From Camelus ferus (Eukaryota), in assembly GCF_009834535.1 (NCBI RefSeq), contig NC_045697.1, positions 92,320,001 to 92,384,000 of the forward strand: a stretch of DNA of 64,000 bases. Reading direction: 5' to 3'. Position 1 is the first letter of the stretch, and each line of letters opens with the position of its first letter. Below, piece after piece: positions 13,715 through 25,609 of the stretch. The notes under the pieces are model-generated. The model saw only the letters and a list, made by a program, of their open reading frames with translations, ran no database searches and was not told the DNA's origin. A program made the position numbers and the translations under genes.

Positions 13715-16339
13715 ATCACATCAAAGCTTTGCACATCAAAGCCAAAAGGGGACATTTCAGAATATTTTCTTGATAATGATATGATATTTGATCTTGGAAA
13801 ATTGAGGAATCCCTTTGATTGTCACTTTTTAGAAAAGCTGGACTAGGAATCTTGAATGCTTTATTCCTTTGACAGAGTAAAGATCATCTGAAAGAGAATG
13901 TATTTAATCTCAAATCTCATGGTTAATACATGAACATTAATTTCAGTCGTATGCTCTGAATATCATCTTAGTAATTGAATTCTTTCTTTTATAGATAATC
14001 ACAATGATAACCTAATTATTAAGCTGAATATTTAAAAAATTTTTTTGCTAAGAACTAAGAATACTTTATAAGAACTCTTTTTTTTTTTTTGCTAAGTAAA
14101 TGAACACATTATATATTTTTAGTAATATTTAATCAAATGTTGGACAATCTGTTTAAAAGAGTGCCATGGCCTCATATTCCCCTAGGAGTAACTAATATTT
14201 TCGTTAACAAAAGATCTGATATGTCACATTATTATCTCTGGGTTGTTGATTCGAGTAAAGATTAGCCTTACCTGGTATGGTTGATTCAAGGAAATAAACT
14301 TTATATGCTATTTTAGTTAAAAAGATTAAATGAAATGTCAGTCAGTTATTAGAGAATTTCAGTACTTGGTTGATTTTGAATGCTCCAGTACAATAAATAA
14401 CACTTAGACTGAACTTTCAGAATGGCAGCATTTTACAGAACATAAATTAAATCTTTGTAATGGCTCTGAAAAGTTCAGTGATAATATCAACATCAGGTCC
14501 ATGAACGTGAGTGATTGTAGTAGTGAGATAATTTTGTTTTAGTTAATCATTCTCTGTTGTTTTAGAAAAAGAATCCATATTTTGAGCATTATGTGTATAT
14601 ATTCTTGTAGTTTGTTAACTTTAAGATTTTGAGAATCCACATACACATATTTGTAAATAATCCTTTTGAATTTGTTTGCATCGACATAACACATATTTGG
14701 AATTCTTATACTACTTATGTTAAGAGTAAATATTCATATTTAAATATACCTAAAATGTGGAGAAAATTGAGTAATAAAGAAAATAATAATTAAGTGTAGT
14801 GCACTGCCAACTTAGTCTGTAATTCTCACTTCCTTTTACTGCATCAGTGATGACTTTAGGGATCTCATGTTGTAAGCTTCCAAAAATAATTTGGCTTACA
14901 CCAGTTTAAGTGAAAATTCATAAACTCCCTGAACTCTCTCATAGTTATTCTTTCTTATCCTTTCTTGAGGTCTTATTATATGCAAATCAAAAATCACTCT
15001 TATCTACCTAACATTACACACATGAGAATAGAAGCAAAGGTATGAAGAAATTAGTGCTAAGGTACTCTAATATTCTAGATTCCTTTGGACCACAGGAGAC
15101 TTGACTAATATTGTGGAATGACCTGAATGTAGGTTTTTGTATCTGTGCTACTTTATTTTCTTCACCTATTTATAAGAAATTAAAAAATATCTTATTTTGT
15201 CATATAATTATATTTTTATTCACTGCAAATATAATAATCAATTTTCCCCACTTTTAAAAATCAACATTATATATTATAGTCAGTGTTATGATCAGCAAGC
15301 CATTATCATTATTAGAAAACCTTAAAAATACTTGGACACCTCTTACATCAGTAATAGTGCATCATCTGTTAAGTTATGAAAAATACAAAACCAAGTTTAA
15401 TAAATGGATCTGATCTAATTAATTGATATTTATTTATTCATCAAATTAAGAGCTATTTTTGTTTTAATTTTTAGCAGATTAAAAAAATACAAAATTGTAG
15501 GATGCAAGCCTTTGTCTTTTTCCTTGTTCCTCATCTTCTGGTTATCCAAGACTCCTCAGAGCACACTTAGATAGAAGTAATCCTATTCATATCTTAGAAT
15601 TAGTGTTTAAAATGCATCACATTGTGACAATGGGAAATAGATAAGAATTTCTTTACTTATATTTGAGCTCCTTGAAAAGTAATGTCTATCAACATCTTAA
15701 TAAATGTTTTATGCTGATCACCTAGAAGATTGACTGGCATATGTACTTTTTTCTGTAGATGCATAAATAAAAGTTACATTATACACTCAGATTTTATAAG
15801 AAGAGGTCCTAGAGGTCATCTAATAAGAATTAAGAATTCCCTAATCAAAATTACATACAATCTGAGATTGTACAATCTGTTATAAATTTTGTTGAGACAG
15901 GTTTCCCACATATTTTGGTTTTTGTCTGGAACTCTTTTTCTGACTATGAAATTGTATTTTCAATATGATGAACCTCTAACAGACTTTCTTTTTTATTGTT
16001 GTTGTTTTGTTTTGTTTTTACATTTTTAATTGAGTAATAGTTATTTTATAATGTTGTGTCAAATTCTAGGGTAGAGCACAATTTTTCAGTCATACATGAA
16101 CATGTATTCATTGTCACATTTTCTTTTCACTACGAGTTAGCACAAGATCTTGTATGTATTTCCCTGTGCTATACAGTATAATCTTGTTTATCTATTCTGT
16201 ATTTTAAAATCCCAGTCTGTCCCTTCCCACCCCCCGCCCCCTTGGCAACCACAAGTTTGTATTCTATGTCTGTGAGTCTGTTTCTGTTTTGTATTTATGT
16301 TTTTTTTTTTTTGTTTTGTTTGTTTTTTTGTTTTTTTTG

Positions 16340-16705
16340 GATTCCTCATATAAACGATCTCATATGGTATTTTACTTTCTCTTTCTGGCTTACTTCGCTT
16401 TGAATGACATTCTCCAGGAACATCCATGTTGCTGCAAATAGCGTTATGTTCTTGGTTTTTGTGGCTGAATAGTATTCCATCGTATAAATATACCACTTCT
16501 TCTTTATTCAGTAATCTGTTGATGGACATCTAGGCTGCGTCCATGTCTTGGCTATTGTAAACAGTGCTGCTATGAACATTGGGGTGCAGGTGTCATCCTG
16601 AAGTAGGGTTCCTTCTGGATATATGCCCAGGAGCGGGATTCCTGGGTCATACGGTTAGTCTATTCCTAGTCTTTTGAGGAATCTCCATACTGTTTTCCAC
16701 AGTGG
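16340..16705 (-). pseudogene. Remnant of L1 ORF2p C-terminus (~120 codons)
   Basis: Manual translation PLWKTVWRFLKRLGID*PYDPGIPLLGIYPEG...TCTPMFIAALFTIAKTW...DY*IKKKWYIYTMEYYSA...FAATWM...KYHMRSFI*GI. Three in-frame stops, no start, no EN/RT upstream. Confidence 0.92.
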
Positions 16706-16848
16706 CTTTCCTTGCTTCCCTCTCCCACTCTTAATGATTTAGTTGTCTTCTTTTACAATTTTGTGTTTATTCGTTTTGTAATTCATGGCAGTTATCTCCT
16801 TTCCAGTTATGAGTTTCTCATTTTTGTAGCATCCTGCTTCTTTTCTAT

Positions 16849-17748
16849 TTAGAGTAGACCTGTCAGTATTTCTTTTAGCATGGGTTTAGTGTTGCTAAAG
16901 TCTTTTAGTTTTTGCTTGTCTGTGAAGTTGTTTTTCTCTCCTTCTATTCTAAAGGATAGCCTTGCTGGATAGAGTATCCTAAGCTGCATCTTTTTTTCAT
17001 TCAGGACTGTGAATATATCTTGCCACTCCCTTCTGGCCTGTAGTGTTTGTGCAGAGAAATCAGCTGAGAGCCTTATGGGGGTTCCCTTGTACCTCACTCT
17101 TTGTTTTTCTCTTGCTGTATTTAGGATCATTTCTTTATCCTTGACTCTTGCCATCTTGATTATGATATGTCTTGGTGTGGGTCTGTTTGGGTTCTTCCTG
17201 TTTGGGACCCTCTGAGCCTCCTGTACTTGGATATCTGATTCCTTTAGATTTGGGAAGTCTTCAGTCATGATTTCTTCAAATACCTTTTCAATCCCCTTTG
17301 TTCTTTCTTCCCCTTCTGGAACCCCTATTATGCATAGATTGGCATGCTTTATATTATCCCATAGATCCCTTATATTGTTTTCATTGTTTTTTATTTGTTT
17401 TTCTATCAGCTGTTCTGTTTGGGTGCTTTCTGTTGTCCTGTCTTCTAGGTCACTTATTCATTCCTCTACATTATCTAGCCTGCTTTGTACAGCCTTTAGG
17501 TCAGCTCTCATCTCAGCCAATGAGGTTACTAATTCTACTTGGTTCTTCTTTATAGCTTCTTTTTCATTTTTGACATATTTTATATCTCTAAATACTATTT
17601 CTTTTAGTTCCTTCAGTACTTTCATCAGTCCTTTTTTGAAATCTTGATCTAGTAGGCCTTCAATGTCTATTTCCTTGATCGTGCTTTCAGGGGATTTCTC
17701 TTGATCTTTTAATTGGGAGTGGCTCTTCTGCTTCTTCATATTGCTCAT
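16849..17748 (-). pseudogene. L1 ORF1p (coiled coil, RRM, CTD), 299 codons with one premature TGA
   Basis: Track ORFs 17458..17748 and 16849..17268 are in the same frame. The gap translates openly as ISDLEDRTTESTQTEQLIEKQIKNNENNIRDLWDNIKHANLCIIGVPEGEERTKGIEKVFEEI. ORF1p motifs IIGVPEGEE, PRHIIIK, PIRLSADFS, ARREW and YPARLSF are present. The only lesion is TGA at 17458-17460. Confidence 0.95.
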
Positions 17749-19083
17749 ATCTCTCTGTGGCTTAAGGAGTATCAGTTATCTAGTTCTCCTGGAGACATTG
17801 TGCTCTTAATGATTTTATCGAGAGGTCTTTGTGTCTTTACCCTGTTCTGCGAACTCAGCTTGCTGTTTCCAGAGGCCCTCTGTTGGTGCCCTTGTCTGTG
17901 CTGCTCCCAGTGGCTGTCGGCTAGCAGATTGCACCCCCTCCTAACACTGGGTCAGGAGCTGAGCTCTTACCCGGTGGGTGGGCGGGTCACTCCTCCTCCT
18001 GATGCCACAGTCAGATGCAGCACTCAGGGGTAGGCAGGTGGGTGGATTGCGTCCCCTCTCAGCACTGTGGTCAGGTGCTGTGTTCATGCCAGGAAAGGGG
18101 GTGGCCACCCACCCTCTCCCGGTGCTGGTCGCTGCTGCTCTGTGCAGCTGCCCGCTCCGCCTCGGATTGGTGCTCCGAAGGCGGGTTCAGGGAAGACCAT
18201 GGAAAGGCCCCGCCCTTGCTCCATGCCAAATCTCAGCTCCTTGTTTCTCGTGGCGGCGCAAGTTCTCTGAGGTGCCAGGGCTGAAAGATCCTATCTGCCT
18301 CGGGCTGTAAACAAGTCTCAGTCCTGCCTAGGAGGTTGCGGAGCTCCCGTGTGCAGATTCAGGGCTCGGCTCCTCCCCTGCCTGGGCACTGAGCACAGGA
18401 AGAGATGGTGGCTGTGCCCCACCTCTCTTCTCACAAGATGCGCTAGTAATGGCGGCGCAGGTCTGAGGAGACAAAGGCTATGGCACCCCTCCCTCCAGGG
18501 CACACCAGCCGTGTTGCTTTGCTTTTTTTTTGCAATTTATGGGGGACCGAGGTTATTCTGCTCCATATCCCCTCCCAGCCAGGGCACGCAGCACCCTGCA
18601 GTCCCCAGGGGCTGCCTTAGTGAATCCACCCCAGTCCTCCGCCCGGCTCGGGAGGCCTGTCCTGGCCCCAGCTGCCGGCTTGCATCTCGGGCTGGGTGTC
18701 GCAGGGATCCTTTGTGGCCGTTTAACTCAGTTCTGTCAGTCAAGGGGTGCTCGGGGCAGATCTGAGCCTCGGAGGCTCCTCTTCCGTCCCACTGTTTCGC
18801 TGGCCTCTCCGTTGGAGAGAGGAGGCCCAGCGCGAACAAGCACCAGTCCTCCTTTGCTGCTCCCTCCCCACGGGATCAGTCCCGCACTGTTTTGCTTTTT
18901 CTTCTTTTTTCCTTTTCTTCTACCAGATTTTTGGCGTCTTTGTCTTTCGAAGAGGGCGATGTTCTGTTGGAGTTCTGCAGGTGCTCTGGTTGGCTGAGTA
19001 GGTCCGTAGATGTGAGTTTTGGTGTATTTGTGGGAGAGGGTGAGCTACAAGCGTCCTTCTACTCTGCCATCTTGCTTCTCCAG
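17749..19083 (-). promoter_or_regulatory. L1 5'UTR internal Pol II promoter, CpG-rich, with YY1 site
   Basis: Only long GC/CpG-rich block in the window. AAGATGGC (YY1 core) at 19073-19066, about +11 to +18 from the element 5' end, similar to its position in other mammalian L1s. Confidence 0.8.
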
Positions 19084-20239
19084 TCTAACAGACTTTCATG
19101 ATAGTACATACAGCTTTATGGAAACTGAATAATATTTTGGTATATTTACACACAAAATCATGCAACAATCACAACCTCACCAGTAGCTCAGATTTATTGG
19201 TTTTCTATTGCGTAGTAGAGATAAAAAAGTTTTTTTTTGTTTGTTTTTTGCTTTTGTTTTTTTGTTTTTTACCTTAAGTTCTCTTTAATTTTTTGCCATT
19301 TACTGGGTTCTCGTGAGTCCCTTCAGAATGTAATGTGGGGTTGAAGTTCACGTCTTGGCTCTGGTTAGTCCTCCTATTAGGGACAGTATACATTTGTTTG
19401 GCACTTGGTATACATTTTCTATATGGTGTCCAATGTATATGGCTCTACAATTGGAAAATTATCCTCTGTAACCCAGGTAGTATTGTACAGAATGATTTCG
19501 TCAGTATTGATTTAAGCAGTTGATGGTTGCACTGGAGAGGGAAAGTCATTCAATTGTATCAGAGGGCTTTTAGTAAAAAGCAATTGGTTAAGCCTGTACT
19601 AAATGACATCTTCAAAAGATGTCTTGAGCAATAACCTTAAATTTAATTCTGAGGTTTCCTCTGTATAATTGCATTGTGCTTTCACATTTAATTAAGGTAT
19701 TTTTAAAGAGAACAAAAAAGGTTTTGCTATGGATCCTTGCTAAGCGACAAATTCACTAAGAATTTTTTTTTTTTCTACTAGCATAAATTTTCTCAGCTGT
19801 CATGTGAATTTTGTGGCTATTACAGTAGTCAGCTTTCTCAGAGAAATAGCACAGCAGTCTGTTCTTGGGATCCTGTTTTAGGGATAGTTTAGAATAGTCA
19901 CATGCTATAATTTTCTCATAGAGAAAAACTTTATATTCTAAAGCTTGCTTCAGTCTTTTTAATTCAGAAATACTCACATTAAATAGTTTGAAGCTATTGT
20001 TTTAGCCATTATTTCAGTGGGCTCTAAGTTAACCAAAATCTGTGAATTTTTATACATGCCAGATTTAAGTAGCTATTAACACATAAAAGAACTTCCTCAT
20101 TGCCTCTTGTTATCTCCCTGACTGATGTTACCTGAGTGGTCTCTCCTTTCCCCACTGCTCCCAATGGCCCTTAACTTACCCTGGTTTGTATTTTCTTTCA
20201 TTACACATTACATTTTAATCTAATTTTATTTCCTCCTGA

Positions 20240-20390
20240 TAATTATAATTCATTGTCATCTTTCCCACTGAAATGTAAGCTCTATGAAAGCAGGAATTCT
20301 TGTACTTTAAATTCAGTCATATATCCCAAATGCCTAGAACAAAGTCTTCCACATGGAAGACATTTGATAAATACCTTTGAACAAATGAGT
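20240..20390 (+). mobile_element. L2 3' end fragment
   Basis: aatgtaagctctatgaaagcagg...atatcccaaatgcctagaacaaagtc...ataaatacctttgaacaaatga. Confidence 0.7.
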
Positions 20391-21350
20391 CTCTTCCTTT
20401 ATGCAAGTGTTAATAATGGTGGTATTCTTCCCAAGAAAATCATTTGTAAGCGACAAGTATGTGAATTTCTTTATGCTATTTCTGAGGAAGGAATGACAGT
20501 TAAAGATGTCCTTACTCTAAAGAATTTACTAAGATTACTACTAAATGAAAAAATAATTATAATATGCTTCAGAAAGGAAGCTCCAAAGTCAAGAGAGTGC
20601 CCAACTTCTGACAGAGCATCAGGAAAAGTTTTATGGTGGGGCACCCAAGTCTAGCTCTGAGGTGAAAGCAATATTGTCAGATCTCTTTAGTAGAACTCCT
20701 TCTTTTATCACCAGTTTCTTTGTGAGGTTTAGTAATCCCCAGAGTCCTTGGTCCTCTTCCTGAGGGAAATGATCATCTTCCCAGTCTACTTTATATGGCT
20801 AGTATACAGCTGTGGTTTTGAAATCTTTTTGTCCATTTTTTTTCCATTTATTAAGGTAGACATGATGTTTTACCTGTAGGTCACTGGATATTTAATTATT
20901 GTGATGCCAACTAATGTGAATCTTCCTTATTATTATTTAAATTCTTAGATTTTTGAGCATTTTTGTAAGATTTGTTCAAAAAGGCTCTATATCTATATCA
21001 AATTTACATCTATATGTACTATATTTAAATACACATATTATACATATATAGATACCATTTAATATCACTTATATTCATAAAATGTATATTTATGAAAATG
21101 CAACATTTATTTATAAAACATATAATTTGTATAACTATGCCATATATGCTTATCAAATGGAGAAGTAGAGAGGGAAAGAGGGAGAGAGAGATAATGGGAG
21201 CCTACAATTTGTCCTTTTAAAAGTGTCTTTTCCTAGGGTCAGAGAGTTATTCTCATAAAGAACAGTGTGCCAGACAAACACTGTACAGCTATGTGGTGAG
21301 GTCAGTTGGTCCACATGGAGGACTCTTTTTATCTATGTTAGAAACAAGCT

Positions 21351-21531
21351 GAGGGGAGGGTGTAGCTCAGTGGTAGAGCACATGCTTAGCCTGCATGAGG
21401 TCCTGGGTTCAATCCCCAGTACTTCCATTAAAATAAATAAGGAAATAAATAAACCTAATTACTTCCACCCAAAACAAAACCAAAACAAAAAAATAAAGAA
21501 AGAAAGAAAAAAAAAAAACACAAATAACAAA
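21351..21531 (+). mobile_element. tRNA-Ala-derived SINE (camelid Vic-1-like)
   Basis: GGGGAGGGTGTAGCTCAGTGGTAGAGC (A box) and GGTTCAATCCC (B box), AGC anticodon remnant, AT-rich body, A-rich tail. TSD AAACAAGCT at 21342-21350 and 21532-21540. Confidence 0.9.
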
Positions 21532-23374
21532 AAACAAGCTATGGCCTAGAACAAAAGCAGGCTGAATAATCTGATTGACATTAGCTATATCTCTAGGCTC
21601 AAAACCTAAATAACATGAATCCTGTTATTCTAGTAGGAAAGAAAGAGTAGAAATCTACAGAGAAGAGTTAAACAAAAGCACAAGAGACCCAGAAGACCAA
21701 AGAGAGCTCCTCCCTGTCCAGAACCTCTTGCCCAAGCATTCTTGTCTAGGCATCTCCTGAGCAGAGTCAGGTAGACAGCTGGACTGCACTCAGTAGCTGT
21801 GTGGGAAAGACAATGAACAGGGGGAGGAAATAAGTGATGTGACACAAAGACAGAGAGATGATTGTGCTTTCATGAAGTAGCAACAGTTTTTAGCCTTGTT
21901 TATGTCTTCAGATCCTGGGAAATAGGAAGGTCAAACAATAACCATCATTCTGTAGGTTTGGGACCCTAATCTTATGTCCTTGAACTTGACAATTAAGAAT
22001 CAATCCTTCTCCTCGAAGGTAAAGTGAAAGGGGCAGCAGAACAGGATGGCAAAGAAATCCCATTTCACTGGAGCTTGATCTTGACATTAAAAATGGAAAA
22101 ATATGACTATATAATAGCGTTCCAAGTTAAAAGATAAAATATAGGGAAAAAGTTGATGTTAAACTTTGAAGGGAAAAGCCTCAAAGGAAATAAATAGAGA
22201 ATGAAAGTTAAGCAGCAAAATCTTTAGTTTTTAGTCAAAAAATTTTCATTTACATTGTAAATACAAAAATATTTTATGTCTTTCTCATGTTACAGAAATA
22301 AATTTTATAATAGGAAGCACTGTATCTTTACACATTAACATGTGTATATGTTTTAGTTTATGTTGAAGAAAACAGTTACTTTACAAATGAGTCTGCTAAT
22401 CTGCAAAATTCCAGACTGTAGAGGAAGTTTATGGCTCTAAGAAAGCTGTGGGAGGAACGTGAGCACTGGAGGACTACCCTTTCTGACCCTTGCTTTTTCT
22501 TTCATTTTTTTTCACCTACTTCCTCTTTCTGCTCTTCTTGTTCTTGAAATGGCAGCATCTGAATGTAGATTGTGACCTAGAGGAAATACACAGATAACAC
22601 TTGTTACGAAAATTTCTTCAGCTTATTGCAGCTTTAACCCATGTATGCTAACACTTATGAATAGCAACAGGTGACTTGTTATCTATTATCTAATATTTTT
22701 AGGACTTATATATATTTTCTTCATATTGAGGAGGTTTTATCAGCTGTTTTACATATTGGGAAACAATATTTCAGTAGATACTGACTATGTGTATTTTGTA
22801 CACACTGTCTAAAATGTTTTATTCATTTCTGATAACTCATTATACTAGATCCATTTCTTATCAGTTGCTTATATAAACTAAGATGAGATTGGAATGTACA
22901 ATTTGTTTCCATAGTGAAGTGTCATAATAATGTTCTATTGACTTGAGAAAGTACATATCCTTTAACTACATAATTTATTATCAGAAATTGAATCATGGAT
23001 ATTGGGGATTAAGGTTCAGTTTTCCCTTATCTACTATGTTGAATGAGAAATAATAACTCAAAATATGTGAAGTGAAAATGTGTATTATTCATTGCTTATA
23101 AACATGTTTGGCTACTTCATGTTGAGGCTTATTTTTATCTCCAGTATGATAAAATAGTATTTCTTTAAATATGCTTTCTAATGGAGGAACAATAATTTTA
23201 GCATTGCCCTTCTGAGTTTAGTTCTAATGTAAAGGGTAGAGAAATGTTACCTAGGGTAGCTCAGTATTTGAAAGCATATCTTTAAGATTGATTTTCAGAA
23301 GGGAGAAACAAGTATTGTTAAAAAATTATAGATTTTATATTGTTACATTGCTTCTGATTCACACCTTAGGTATC

Positions 23375-23872
23375 TGTGATAGGCACCATCTAAGATGCCC
23401 CTCCCAATTTCCACCTTCTGGTATTCATGCCTAGCCAACAGAATACAGCAACACTGAACTATTACTTCCATTACTGGATTACAAGAGATTATGACTTCCG
23501 TCTTGCTAGCCAGATCTCTCTATTGCCTTCTTGGCTTGAATGCTTTCATGTAATAAGCTGTCATTTTGGAGAACCTTATGTGGCAAGAATCTGAGGGTGG
23601 CCTCTGGCTAACAGATTGCAAGGAACTGAGGCTCTTGATCCAATAACCCGTGAGGAACTGTATCCTGCCAAGAACTATGTGAACTTGGAAGAGAATCTTT
23701 CCCCAATCAAAACTTAGGACGACTACAGCCCAGAAACATTTTGACTGTAGCCTGTGAAATGCCCTGGAGTAAAAGATCCAAGTAAGCTGTGCCTGGAGTC
23801 CTGATCCACAAAAACTATTGTTTTAGACTTTTAAGTTTTGGAGTAATTTGTTAGGTAATAATAGATAATACA
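23375..23872 (+). mobile_element. ERVL-MaLR solo LTR (MLT1E/F-like)
   Basis: TG...CA termini. Motifs atgtggcaagaatctgagggtggcctctggc, aaggaactgaggc, taagttttggagtaatttgtta...atagataataca. Confidence 0.8.
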
Positions 23873-24231
23873 TTTTCTGAGATATACATTTTCTTTATTT
23901 TGCCTGTAAGGCGTATGAGATAACAGAATACTTCACTGTAGTTTATATATCATTTTTTTAAATCTATAATTAATGGAAAGAAAAATATGAACATTAGTGA
24001 TGCTTAAATAATGCAATTCCATGCTTAATATGTTATTTTTATGCGCATGCTCATATTCTAATGTGACTTGCATTATTTTAGATGTGTCATTATATATGAC
24101 AATTGAGGTGTGCACATTATTTTAGAATAATCCCATCTTATCTATATTTAGTAGGGGTTTTTGATAGTGCATAATATTTGAGGAAACAGCTATTATAAAT
24201 CTCATATTTTATAAACAGTCTTAATTTCAAA

Positions 24232-24284
24232 AATCATACTATAGAGTTTAAAAAAGAATCATACTATATAGTTTAAAAAAGAAT
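24232..24284. repeat. 25-bp tandem duplication
   Basis: AATCATACTATAGAGTTTAAAAAAG followed by AATCATACTATATAGTTTAAAAAAG (one mismatch), then AAT. Confidence 0.92.
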
Positions 24285-25609
24285 ATGGCTAGCTTCCAAA
24301 ATAACTCAAAGATTAATTTATTTTAAGGTAACATCACTTCTTCTATTTAAGAATGTTTTGCTTAGTTCCAAGGTAATTTATGCACATTCTGAACACAAAT
24401 TTTAAGGTTTGAAACCATTGTCATGACGTGATGAATCCAAACATGTGTTTGCTGCTTTGTTGAAACAGAAGAAATAGCATATGTAGCAATGGTGTTTAAG
24501 ATGCACAGCTTAAGTTTGGCTCTGTGTGACAACCAAGTGTCAGTGATAGATCCAAATGCAATCCTGACTTAGAGCGTCAATTAGAAAAATGGCAAAGGCC
24601 TTTCCAACATTATAAATTACTCTGCGAATGCCAGTAACAAGAGCTCTCACTCCCAGTAATTTTGCATGATTATAGTTTGGACAAAAGATAGCTGATGAGG
24701 GTGAAGCCTTGTAGTTATGAAGCTAAGAAACATTTCTCACTAGATATATGCCTTGAGCATGATCCCAACAGCTTTTATGGCTCTAAAACACACCTATGCC
24801 AAACAAATTGCAGTTTTAAGCCACATTTTGTTATGTCTTTAAATAACAGCAATAGTATTTTTGAGTTATTAATATCCAAGTTGTTAACATTCACACAGCA
24901 GGTTATTTTCTATGAAAAGACATATACGCATGTCTTGATTATCAGTTACATCAGTTACTGACTATGACAAATGAATCATTTTCTATTTATTGCAAGATAA
25001 GCTGCCTATTAGTGTCTTAGAATATAGTGTCAGTACTATACTTTTGTAGCTTTAGACTTTTAGGAAAAATGCACAGCTCACATTTGAAATTGTGTGACAA
25101 ACAAGTGACAATCCCTTATGATTGAATTTATACAGTGCTTGATATTACCTTTAAAGTATAGTAAATTTCTGGATTCCCTACTGCTTGTGGTCCCATATAT
25201 TGTTTGCTAACACACGTGTCTAAAATATCAAGCATCCCCCAAATAATTATACTGTAAGTCCATCACCATCTCACTCTTTGAGCATTGGTTTTTGAGCCTG
25301 ATCTTTAAACAAAGATAATTTAACGATTGGTGAGAATCCAATTGTTCTACTTTTTTGGGATTCATAAAACTAAAAGTTATAAACTTCCTTAAGGTTTATG
25401 AGGTTCAAGCCCTGCATTTTCCTGAGAAAGGAGGAAAGCATTTTCCTAAGAAAATAAGAGCTCAGAAAAATTAAGTGATTTCTTTGAGGTCAGTAAATTG
25501 GAAGCTTCAATAATGTTAAGAAAAGTCAAGGTCCATTAGCAGACCAGAATGTATTCTTGAAAGATAGAGCTAACCTCACAAATAGTGGCTCTTCTACCCT
25601 TTCTGAATA

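Larger units (their letters stand above)
15989..19083 (-). mobile_element. Young ORF1-only L1 derivative (HAL1-like non-autonomous retrotransposon), ~3.1 kb, both ends intact
   Basis: Perfect TSD TCTAACAGACTTTC at 15975-15988 and 19084-19097. Order on minus strand: L1-type 5' end (GGAGAAGCAAGATGGCAGAGTAG), 5'UTR 19083-17749, ORF1 17748-16849, 143-nt spacer, ORF2 tail from 16705, 3'UTR, ATTAAA and degenerate A-rich tail. Confidence 0.95.

Noticed and set aside
15857..15880. Short palindromes (TACAATCTGAGATTGTA; similar ones near 7483, 19605 and 53328)
   Set aside because: Arms of about 8 bp are expected by chance in 64 kb of AT-rich DNA.
16188..16529. 113-aa minus-strand ORF MSINRLLNKEEVV...
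   Set aside because: Alternative reading frame of the L1 ORF2 tail running into an A-rich tract; not a gene.
17267..17647. 126-aa Ser/Phe-rich plus-strand ORF
   Set aside because: Antisense shadow of the A-rich ORF1 coiled-coil region.
17713..19101. Cluster of plus-strand ORFs (up to 155 aa) antisense to the L1 5'UTR, as a possible ORF0 analogue
   Set aside because: Expected from stop-codon scarcity in GC-rich DNA. They overlap in all frames, several use non-ATG starts and none has a recognisable motif. ORF0 is established for primate L1.
21353..21427. Functional tRNA-Ala gene
   Set aside because: Imperfect stems, no oligo-T terminator, and an A-rich tail with TSD mark it as a SINE.
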